Source: a virus (lineage: Duplodnaviria > Caudoviricetes). From it: a stretch of 63,467 nucleotides of DNA. The stretch lies in IMG/VR virus record IMGVR_UViG_3300037047_000283, positions 1-63,467 of that record; one strand, given 5' to 3'. Shown here piece by piece: positions 19,001-26,839 of this stretch; position 1 is the stretch's first letter; every line of letters begins with the position of its first letter. The notes below the pieces were generated by a model that saw nothing but the letters and a program-made list of their open reading frames with translations, had not been told where the DNA came from and did not search any database. A program made the position numbers and the translations under genes.

Positions 19001-19297
19001 ATGGCGCTCGGAAATAGCAATCCTAGAAATTGGGGGAAAGAAGCGCAAGAGATCGCCTTGTCGCTTCTCTTGAAGCAACGCAATGCTGCTTTCTCGGTGA
19101 CCAGCGACGGTCGCCTGATGGTGTGGCCGAAAAACAATGCTGCCGAGCTTAAAATGTTGGCGGTCAGCGTAGCCACTCTTGAGCATCCCCGCAACGGCCT
19201 GTGGACGTCGTGCAGCCCGTTTGATGGGTCTGTTATCGCGACGGGTTGCAGTCAGCGCGACTGTATCAGGAAAACGATTGCAGCGAGGTGGATGTGA
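19001..19297 (+). CDS. hypothetical protein
   Basis: SD GGAGG; coupled to neighbours. Confidence 0.6.
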   Translation: MALGNSNPRNWGKEAQEIALSLLLKQRNAAFSVTSDGRLMVWPKNNAAELKMLAVSVATLEHPRNGLWTSCSPFDGSVIATGCSQRDCIRKTIAARWM

Positions 19298-19617
19298 TGA
19301 CGACTCCTAAATTCACTCCCGGCCCGTGGCATCCCGGCGTCGGAAACGGTGTAGGCTGCGTCTTCGCCGACAATGGCCGGATGCGTCTCGTTGATGGTGG
19401 GACGACACTCTTCCCGGTCGCCAACTGTCGCTTTGGCTGGATCGACGAGGAAGAGGACGAAGCGAACGGGCTCCTCATCGCGGCCTCCCCTGACCTCTTC
19501 GCCCTCGCCGAGCGCGTTGCCCGGCTCAACCGTGAGGCTGGCGAGATCGGCGCTGGCATGCTGGCGCAACTGGTCGACGAGGCCCGTGCTGCAGTCGCCA
19601 AGGCTAAGGGGGAATGA
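19297..19617 (+). CDS. phage hypothetical protein of the TPGPW..AN..LIAASPDL family
   Basis: Recognisable motif KFTPGPW...EANGLLIAASPDL. Confidence 0.7.
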   Translation: MTTPKFTPGPWHPGVGNGVGCVFADNGRMRLVDGGTTLFPVANCRFGWIDEEEDEANGLLIAASPDLFALAERVARLNREAGEIGAGMLAQLVDEARAAVAKAKGE

Positions 19618-19698
19618 CACTGTTATTTGTAGCGCCCGGCGTTGGTCTCAGTCGGGCGAGGATTGAAACCATTATGCTGTCTCGAAAGGAATCTGATC

Positions 19699-19920
19699 AT
19701 GCATTGTGCTCGCCGTGTTCCCCATAGTAAAATGTCTCTTGGCCATTACTTTATGGTCGCTGTCCTGATCGCCTTGGTCGCCATCATCGTCCGCCAGTTG
19801 CCGCACGCTATCGACATGGAGCTGGATATGGCAGATGCTTCCGCGCAGAACAAACGCGCCAGCGTCGAGATGAAAGGAGGCCGCTATGTTTCGTCCGACA
19901 CCACGACGGACCGTCCGTGA
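19699..19920 (+). CDS. small membrane protein
   Basis: One hydrophobic helix (FMVAVLIALVAIIV). Confidence 0.5.
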   Translation: MHCARRVPHSKMSLGHYFMVAVLIALVAIIVRQLPHAIDMELDMADASAQNKRASVEMKGGRYVSSDTTTDRP

Positions 19921-20032
19921 TCCTGTGTTTCGTTGCCATCTCTGCGCGTTCACGACGCGGTGGCGACCTGAGTATGTTAGCCATCTGCTGATGCATGAAC
20001 GGGAAGCAAAAAAGACGGCGAATACGCCATAA
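19886..20032 (+). CDS. 48-aa C2H2 zinc-finger protein
   Basis: Read by hand: FRCHLCAFTTRWRPEYVSHLLMH = C-x2-C-x12-H-x3-H; SD AAAGGAGG. Confidence 0.6.
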   Translation: MFRPTPRRTVRDPVFRCHLCAFTTRWRPEYVSHLLMHEREAKKTANTP

Positions 20033-20373
20033 CGGATAAGCGTCAGCGGCTCCGCCCGCTGGACAGCGCTTGTTATATTTCGGAGGTGAAAAGTGGCTAA
20101 AAAATACAAATTAGAGATGGAACCCTATAGCGACTCGAACGGTGATCCAATCTTTGCAAGCAAGGGGCACCATGATCCAGATTTATTCCTGGATGCGGCT
20201 CGGAAAGAATACGACGATAAGGTTATTGATGGAAAAGTGGAGCATGTCTATCTGCGCTGCACTCCAGCCCCAAAAGACAGCGACCACGGCTATTTGCTGC
20301 ACGATGCAACTCCCGGCCCCGGTGCATTCCCCGTCACTCGGCTGAAAGAAATATAACATCTGATTAGACCGCC
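20026..20373. mobile_element. single integron-type cassette: attC (20026-20078), gene, attI-like site (20351-20373)
   Basis: GCCATAAC...hairpin...GTTATAT; cassette ends GTTATATTTC (20072) and GAAATATAAC (20348) are exact reverse complements. Confidence 0.8.
20093..20356 (+). CDS. cassette-borne hypothetical protein
   Basis: SD GGAGG; stop codon lies inside the TAAC core. Confidence 0.75.
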   Translation: MAKKYKLEMEPYSDSNGDPIFASKGHHDPDLFLDAARKEYDDKVIDGKVEHVYLRCTPAPKDSDHGYLLHDATPGPGAFPVTRLKEI

Positions 20374-20394
20374 CTTCCCGCCCTCCTAAAAATC

Positions 20395-20435
20395 AAAAGC
20401 CCCACACCAGCTCTGTGCCGGTGTGGGGCTTTTTT
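20395..20435. terminator. bidirectional intrinsic terminator at the convergent junction
   Basis: AAAAGCCCCACACC..GGTGTGGGGCTTTTTT. Confidence 0.85.
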
Positions 20436-20436
20436 G

Positions 20437-20769
20437 TCAGTCTTTCCGGTGCTGCAGCCGCTTCCTCCGCCGGTCCTTGTCCGTCACCTTCCGCTGCCAT
20501 AGCCGCTTAAAGATGATGCGCTCGCAGGTCAGCAGCCGCGTGCCACTTTCATCGAACACCAGCCGCCAGCCGTTCGCGACGAAGTATTGCGCTGGCTGGA
20601 AATTGGCGTTAAGCAGGCGCAGAGCCGAAGCCGCGAGTTCTTCCGGTTCGGCTTTCTCCAGCAACAACCGTAGCGCCGCCTGCCAGCACTCTGGTTTCTC
20701 TGCGTGCAGCCACCGGGACGTGAAGCGTTCCATCGCGTGGCGGGTGATGAAGAGGCCGTCGGGATTCAT
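20437..20769 (-). CDS. hypothetical protein (ITRHAMERF motif)
   Basis: Coupled ATGA overlap with the upstream gene. Confidence 0.6.
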   Translation of the reverse strand: MNPDGLFITRHAMERFTSRWLHAEKPECWQAALRLLLEKAEPEELAASALRLLNANFQPAQYFVANGWRLVFDESGTRLLTCERIIFKRLWQRKVTDKDRRRKRLQHRKD

Positions 20770-21719
20770 GCGCGTCTCCTTAACAGGTGGACTCCGGGGA
20801 AGGCCTTCTCGACGTACTTTTCGAGGAGCGAGTAGTACCGATCGTTCTCCTTGAGGTGGGCGAGAACGATCTTCGCTGTCTTCACCGGGTCGCCGCCGGT
20901 CACGTCCTTGTGCTCCATCTCGACTTTGTAGCCGCGACGAAATTCTACGAAGTCAATCCCCTGCGGGTCTCCGCCGGCTACCGCGATAAGGATTCGTCCG
21001 TGCTGCTCAATCATCTGCGTCATGGCTCTGGTCTTGCCGAGGAGTAGTTCGCTGACTTGCGGGTGAATGGATCGTCTTGCTCTTTCCCGGCATTGCGCCT
21101 CGGTGATGAGTCTGCCGATGGGGTCGGACATATCTACCATGATCTCGTTCATTCCCGGCGCTCTCTGGGCGGCGGCACGGAGTTCGTCGGTGGAGAAGTA
21201 ACGTCCAGAGCCTTCGACTTCCCGGCTCTTCCGCAGCGCCGCCCTGACCCGCTCCGCCAGCCGGTCGATCGCCTTTACTATCGGCTTGCCTCCGTTGTCT
21301 CTGGTCTTCATCACCTTCTCCCGGAACTCCTCGAAGTCCATCTCGGCTATCCGCCCGAAAAAACGAGGATCATCGTAGTGCGCGAGGTAGAACTTTTTGG
21401 CGTCTTCTTGCGTCAGGAATCCCACCAGAATTTTCTGCTCGTCGAACTCGATAAAGTCCGGCGCCTTCATCTGGTCGATGATGTAGACGTTCGGCGCTTC
21501 CCGGTGCGGGCCGACAAAAACATCGACCGCGTCTTGGTCGCATCCCATCGTCCCTTTAAAATATCCATAAGCGTGCCGCATCCGGGTCATCCCCTCGGTC
21601 CCGTCGTCGCTGTTCTTCCATTGCCGGATCGATCCGGTCCGGTTCTCGACGGAGATTTCGAGGCCGCGAAAATTGAGGCGGCCATGCAGCGTCCGGGCGG
21701 ATTTACGGAGGAGGATCAT
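20766..21719 (-). CDS. inorganic-pyrophosphatase-like (InPase) domain protein with C-terminal DUF5661-like domain
   Basis: GLEISVEN..GSIR..YGY..GT.G.D.DAVDVFVG..FDEQKILVGF; GYKVEMEH..AKIVLAHLKE..YY. Confidence 0.75.
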   Translation of the reverse strand: MILLRKSARTLHGRLNFRGLEISVENRTGSIRQWKNSDDGTEGMTRMRHAYGYFKGTMGCDQDAVDVFVGPHREAPNVYIIDQMKAPDFIEFDEQKILVGFLTQEDAKKFYLAHYDDPRFFGRIAEMDFEEFREKVMKTRDNGGKPIVKAIDRLAERVRAALRKSREVEGSGRYFSTDELRAAAQRAPGMNEIMVDMSDPIGRLITEAQCRERARRSIHPQVSELLLGKTRAMTQMIEQHGRILIAVAGGDPQGIDFVEFRRGYKVEMEHKDVTGGDPVKTAKIVLAHLKENDRYYSLLEKYVEKAFPGVHLLRRRA

Positions 21720-21721
21720 CT

Positions 21722-22240
21722 TCAGTCTCCCTGATACATCAGGCGTTCGTGGGTCGGGACGTGCTGTCCGTTGCGGTGCGGGCAGAGCCGTCCGTTGAGG
21801 TCGCACTCGCGGCGGTGGGCCTTGACCTCAACTTCAAGCGCCGCGAGTTTCTTTCCCTCGTCTTTTTCGTGGTCGGCAAGTTTTTCGTTGGTCGCGTTGA
21901 TCTTTTCATGCAGCATGGAGGCGGTCGCATTCATCATCTTGCTGATATCACCAATGGCGACCTGCAGCTTATCGACGGCACCGTTGAAGCTCTGGGTGAC
22001 GGTCTTCTGCGCGTCGGCAAGATCGTCGATGGCGCGAGTCGTGGCGGTCTCCAGCTTCTGTATGGCGGTGTCGGTCCGGGCGATGTTTTGGTGGATCGCG
22101 TCTTGTCGTGTCTGGACGAGGCTCAGAAAGACCTCGTACAGCGCCTTACCGAGAATGCCGACGAGGCCGAGAAGGCCAAGGGAGAAGACCCAAGCCAGCG
22201 CCGGGTTCTGCATGAATACGTCTTTCATCGCGGCGGTCAT
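21722..22240 (-). CDS. membrane-anchored coiled-coil protein (possible holin-like)
   Basis: N-terminal TM helix plus coiled coil. Confidence 0.5.
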   Translation of the reverse strand: MTAAMKDVFMQNPALAWVFSLGLLGLVGILGKALYEVFLSLVQTRQDAIHQNIARTDTAIQKLETATTRAIDDLADAQKTVTQSFNGAVDKLQVAIGDISKMMNATASMLHEKINATNEKLADHEKDEGKKLAALEVEVKAHRRECDLNGRLCPHRNGQHVPTHERLMYQGD

Positions 22241-22521
22241 TTCTTTCCTCCGGTGCGGGGTTTAATCAGGAAGAGGCGCGAGGCCAGTTCGGTGTCGTTG
22301 TCGGTGTCGGTGTCGTTCCCGGTGTCTCCCGGCCAGCGCTCTCCGGAGGATTTATCCGGATGCGGCAGGTGCCCGCTGTAGCCGGGACGGACCGGGTTCT
22401 CGCATGCGATATCCCAATCAGTGTCGAGGGTGTCGTCATCGAGCATGTCCTCCATGCCGTCGACGTCATTCGGGCCAGCCTTGTGCCCCTCGCTGGTTTC
22501 AAAGATCGTCCGTTTCTTCAT
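22237..22521 (-). CDS. acidic hypothetical protein
   Basis: Start re-called at MKKRTIF; ATGA overlaps on both sides. Confidence 0.55.
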   Translation of the reverse strand: MKKRTIFETSEGHKAGPNDVDGMEDMLDDDTLDTDWDIACENPVRPGYSGHLPHPDKSSGERWPGDTGNDTDTDNDTELASRLFLIKPRTGGKK

Positions 22522-25500
22522 GCCGCTACCCTCTTTTCTGCAACGTATTTCTTGAGTCTTCTCATGGTGGCCCGGTCGTTCAGGTCGAGGCTCCCTGCCC
22601 AATGGGTTCCAAGAAGAAGTCCCTTGCCGAGTTCTTGCCCGCCGTTCTTCATGTCGGCGATATCCCACATTGTCTTGGGATCGTTGCTGGCGAGCATGCG
22701 GACGATGCTGCTGTGGACGGCTGGAGAGATTTGCGCGACGCGAGTGGTCTTTTGCCCTGCGCGAATCTCTTGTGGTCCCCGTTTAAGGTTGTCGAGGCGG
22801 CCTCGGATGCTGTCCTTGATGTTGGACCAATGTTGCGGGACGAATCCGAACCGTGCCCATGTATATCCGCCCACGTCGCAGTTGGCCGACACGTCGACGT
22901 GGGTGACTCCCAGCGCCTTGTATACTCCGAAGGAAGCGCGAAAGAGCCCTTTTGCCCCACCTCCTCCGGTTGAACCGGCGGAAAAGTAGGAGTGATAAAC
23001 TCTCAGCCCGTTGCTGTCTCTGCGGAAGTACCGGCTGATACTGGTTCCGTCGTCTCCTGCGAATTGGATATTGATGCCAGAGCTTTCGCCTCGCATGGTG
23101 ACGGTGAATTTCGTGTCACCGCCGAAGTCGGCGATCATCGTCTTCGCCATCTGTAACGCGGTCGCTTTGTCGACTCCCATGATAGAGTTGACTTTGAAAT
23201 CGGTGAGGTCGTCTGGAACATCGGTGCGGCGGATATTCTTGCCGATCTCCTCCTTGGCTTTGAAGACGTCCTCCCGCTCCAGCTTCGCCATGAGGCGGGC
23301 CGCTTCCCGGCGGATGCGGACCATGTCAGCCGTCTGCACGTTCTGTCTCACCTGTTGCGTGGCTGGTGTATGCGGCTGCCATGTGCCGGCTTGGTAGTTG
23401 CGGGCCTGCGACTGTAGCGTTGTCGGCTGGTCGAGATAGCGGTTGGCGAGGACACGGATTTCAGGGTTTGGCCAAGGGGTAACTCGGTCGTTGCTTCGCG
23501 TCCCTTCTCTGGTGACGGTTGTTCCGTCCAGTGGCACGTTCGGACGCGGCACGAAGCCGAGTTGCGCTTCGGTCAGGTTCATCGGGTTCGCCGAGTGCGG
23601 GACTGGATTCTCCGGGGTGCGGGTCGACCGTGGCGCTCTCGGTGTCCGGGGAGTTCTCAGCGCCCGCAAAGATTCTTCCCGTGCTGCCGTCTGCAGGTCC
23701 GGGTCATTGGCAAGGTGGCGAATGTCGGTGATCGGGTCCGCCGGCAACGTCGGTGCACCTTCCGCCTGATGTCCCGGTATCGGGTGCCCGGCGTTGTCGT
23801 AGCCGAAATGCCGCAGCAGGGCCGTGCGGTAGTTGTCGGCTGCCGTGGTGTAGCCGTTGCTCCGGGTCGTCTGGATCGAGAGCAGGGCTTGCACCGGATC
23901 GGGCGCCGAGGTGGCAGCGTCGTGCAGCAGGTTGATCTTGCGTTGCGCCGACAGCAGGGCAGAGTTCTGCATGTTGCTGGCTGTCAGAGTCGGCGGTACC
24001 GGGGCGGCGCCAAGGATGCGTTCGGCTTGCTGGTTGGATGCGACGGACTGCCCGGCGGCGAGGAGTGCCTGTTTGTAGTCATCGACCCGCTGGTAGTTGG
24101 TCCGGGTCCGCGAGGTCGAGAAGCTGGCGATGCCGTCATAGTTGCCGCGTTCAGCCATGAGGCGCAGCTGATTGACCCTGCGGGTGCAGCCAAGATTCGA
24201 CTCGCTGGTCTCCGGGAAACGCGGCTGCGATACCCGACGCATGGCAGCGGACATTGCCTCTCTGGTCTGTTCTGGCGTGGTCCGGCCTTCCGTCGGGCCG
24301 GCCTGCGCTGATCCGACGCGGACCCAGCGGTGGACCTGATGGCCATTGACGTCGTTGACCATCCGCAGGACGTAGCCGGGGTGGTTGGCGATGGAGGTCG
24401 ATTTGCGCAGCAGGTAGACGCCGGCCAGCGACCGGAACATGAGCATCTGCGTCCCGGCCTTGGTCCGCTCCGCCAATCCGGACGCCAGCAGCTGCTTGTG
24501 GCTGACATTCGCGCCGGCCTGCAGCTTCTTCTTCTGGCTTTCGCGTTTGCTGCGCTGCTTGGAGTCGAGGAAGTCGTCCCGGCGCTTCAGGTAGCTGTAA
24601 CGCTCCTGTTCGGCGGCGAGGACTTTATCTTTGTCGGTATCGTTCAGGCCGTGATAATGGGGGATGGTGCCGAGGCGGTTCTGACGGACTTTATGGAGGT
24701 CGAGCTGCGTCTGCGCTCCGGCGATCTGGTCACCGTACTTGCGGATGCGGCTGTCTTCGTGCGACTGGACGTGAACGAGGGCGCCGGACGCTGTGGTCCG
24801 GTCGTATTCGTTGACGTGGGCCTTGGCTACTTCTTCTTTTTCGGCTTGTCCTTGACCTTGCTGGCGGAGGCCAGCGCCTCGGCGATCATGGAGCGCTTCT
24901 TCTGGACGATTTCCGGGGTATCTTTCGCTTTTGTTGACATTGGCAGTCTCCTGTGCGGTTTCCTTGACGATCGCGCCCTTGTCCTTCTTGTCGCGGGCGT
25001 TGCCGAAGATGTCGGTGGCGCCGTACTGGTCGGCGTCTTCACGCTCGACAATCTCCTGATTCGCCTTGTCAGTCAAGAGTTTAAAGAACTCCGATAACTT
25101 GCGGCGGGAGCCCTTGAGGGCGTGGACGGCACGGGTCAGGTCTTCGGTCACTTCGCCGACGTGCTGCGCCTTGCCGTCATCGTCGAAGGAGGCTTGCGCC
25201 AGCTGGTCGTCGATGCTCCCCTTGTTGCGCTTGGCGCTGCGGATATGATCGATCGACTCCAAGAGTTCGTGCGTCACGTCGAGGTCGCTGTGCTGCTGAA
25301 TCTTGGCGTAGGTACCTGCCGAGGCGCTCATGGCGTTAATGATGTTGCGGACGTCGCTGTCGGCGCTCTCCACCATTAGCTCGGTCAGGACTTCGGATTT
25401 GTAGACCTTGGCGAAGACAGCAGCCTGTACCCGCTCGATCATCTTCTTGTTCGGCTCGCCGTACTTGTCTTTCAGGCCGGCGGCCTCGTTCTTGCCGAGA

Positions 25501-26810
25501 GTCGCGAGGAAGTCGTTGATGAACGGCTTGTTCTCCTCGACCAGCACGTCCCCGTCTTCGTCTGGCTGATACTTCGCCATCATCGCGTCGGTGATGCGCT
25601 CGGCATCGCTGAATGCCGTCTCGACCGGCGAGTTGTGCATCAGATTGCTCTGGTTCGCTTCCCGTGCAAACTCCGGGCGGTCGACTTCGGTCTTGCGGAC
25701 GCGGACGATGACCGGGTGCTCCATCTTGGCGACGTCGTCTGACTTGAGGCCGAAGTGCTCGGCGTGATCATGGAGGTATTGCCGGTACTCCTCCCCCTTG
25801 CCGATCTTGTAGGCGAGGCCGAGGGCGATGGTGCGCCCGTTGCCGGATTCGACGATACCGTCCTTGCCGACGATCGGGGCGCCGTCGCTGGTGTGCCCGC
25901 TCGACTCCAGCAGTTCCGGCTTGATGTTGTTGGCGATGTCTTGGATCTGGATGCGGCTGGCGATGCGGGCACGGTCACGCGGCTGGATGTCCTGCGGGTA
26001 GGCGGAGTTGACGTGGCCATCGTGCGTGTGCGAGGTGGTGAGGTCGCTCATCTCGACAAGGGCGAAGGTGGAGTCGATCTTGTTCATCTTGGCGGTGTAG
26101 GAGGCGTTCTCCCGGCCCATGATGAACTTCGGCTCCTTCTTGCCGGTGTCGACGGTGGTGTGCTGGGTGCGACCGTGGACGCTCTGACCCTTGACGTCGT
26201 TCTCGGCATCGCTGCCGGCGAATTCCACCGTATGCTGGTCGCCGTCCTTCGATACGATCAGCATGTGTCCGCCCTTTTCGTATTTGTGGTGCGTCGTCTC
26301 CCGGTCGACCTTGTGGCCGAAGTGGTTAAGGAGCTGCTCCCGGTAGCTGTCGATGGCGGCGAGGTAGCCGTTCGAGCGCGAGCTGGTCATGGCGATCAGG
26401 GCGGCGGACGGATCGCCCTCGCTGGTCTTAGCTGTATCGTGCATGCGTTTGATGATCCGCTGTGCCGAGACCAGTGCCGTGTTCTCCTGATTGGCGCCTT
26501 TGATCTTCGGTGGCTCCGGGATGTCCTCTTTCTTGCCGACCTTGGCATCCGCGTCCTTGGTGACCGCTGCCACTTCCCGGTGCTTCCATCCCTTTTCCTT
26601 GAGGTGATCAAGGAGTTCGCTGCCGTGCGCGAGCTTCGACCCGGCGTGGACTTGGTCGCCGTGGGCGTTCTCGTGGCGCAGGATGTCTGGGTGTTTGCGG
26701 GTGCGCTTATCGTCATGCTCAGCGACGACCGTCCCGTCCATCCGCGTGTACTGGCGGATGTGGGACTTGAAGAGGTCGTCTGGGGCCGGGCGGCGGCGGA
26801 GGAGGTACAT
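22518..26810 (-). CDS. large polyvalent protein: ddrB-like ParB domain, repeated helical domain, C-terminal GNAT-like domain
   Basis: LTTSH..YPQDIQPRDR..DGAPIV..VESGNGRT (ddrB-ParB); ANCDVGGYTWARFGF (GNAT-like). Confidence 0.8.
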   Translation of the reverse strand: MYLLRRRPAPDDLFKSHIRQYTRMDGTVVAEHDDKRTRKHPDILRHENAHGDQVHAGSKLAHGSELLDHLKEKGWKHREVAAVTKDADAKVGKKEDIPEPPKIKGANQENTALVSAQRIIKRMHDTAKTSEGDPSAALIAMTSSRSNGYLAAIDSYREQLLNHFGHKVDRETTHHKYEKGGHMLIVSKDGDQHTVEFAGSDAENDVKGQSVHGRTQHTTVDTGKKEPKFIMGRENASYTAKMNKIDSTFALVEMSDLTTSHTHDGHVNSAYPQDIQPRDRARIASRIQIQDIANNIKPELLESSGHTSDGAPIVGKDGIVESGNGRTIALGLAYKIGKGEEYRQYLHDHAEHFGLKSDDVAKMEHPVIVRVRKTEVDRPEFAREANQSNLMHNSPVETAFSDAERITDAMMAKYQPDEDGDVLVEENKPFINDFLATLGKNEAAGLKDKYGEPNKKMIERVQAAVFAKVYKSEVLTELMVESADSDVRNIINAMSASAGTYAKIQQHSDLDVTHELLESIDHIRSAKRNKGSIDDQLAQASFDDDGKAQHVGEVTEDLTRAVHALKGSRRKLSEFFKLLTDKANQEIVEREDADQYGATDIFGNARDKKDKGAIVKETAQETANVNKSERYPGNRPEEALHDRRGAGLRQQGQGQAEKEEVAKAHVNEYDRTTASGALVHVQSHEDSRIRKYGDQIAGAQTQLDLHKVRQNRLGTIPHYHGLNDTDKDKVLAAEQERYSYLKRRDDFLDSKQRSKRESQKKKLQAGANVSHKQLLASGLAERTKAGTQMLMFRSLAGVYLLRKSTSIANHPGYVLRMVNDVNGHQVHRWVRVGSAQAGPTEGRTTPEQTREAMSAAMRRVSQPRFPETSESNLGCTRRVNQLRLMAERGNYDGIASFSTSRTRTNYQRVDDYKQALLAAGQSVASNQQAERILGAAPVPPTLTASNMQNSALLSAQRKINLLHDAATSAPDPVQALLSIQTTRSNGYTTAADNYRTALLRHFGYDNAGHPIPGHQAEGAPTLPADPITDIRHLANDPDLQTAAREESLRALRTPRTPRAPRSTRTPENPVPHSANPMNLTEAQLGFVPRPNVPLDGTTVTREGTRSNDRVTPWPNPEIRVLANRYLDQPTTLQSQARNYQAGTWQPHTPATQQVRQNVQTADMVRIRREAARLMAKLEREDVFKAKEEIGKNIRRTDVPDDLTDFKVNSIMGVDKATALQMAKTMIADFGGDTKFTVTMRGESSGINIQFAGDDGTSISRYFRRDSNGLRVYHSYFSAGSTGGGGAKGLFRASFGVYKALGVTHVDVSANCDVGGYTWARFGFVPQHWSNIKDSIRGRLDNLKRGPQEIRAGQKTTRVAQISPAVHSSIVRMLASNDPKTMWDIADMKNGGQELGKGLLLGTHWAGSLDLNDRATMRRLKKYVAEKRVAA

Positions 26811-26839
26811 GGGGGCTCCCTTATTATTTTGAGTGGATG

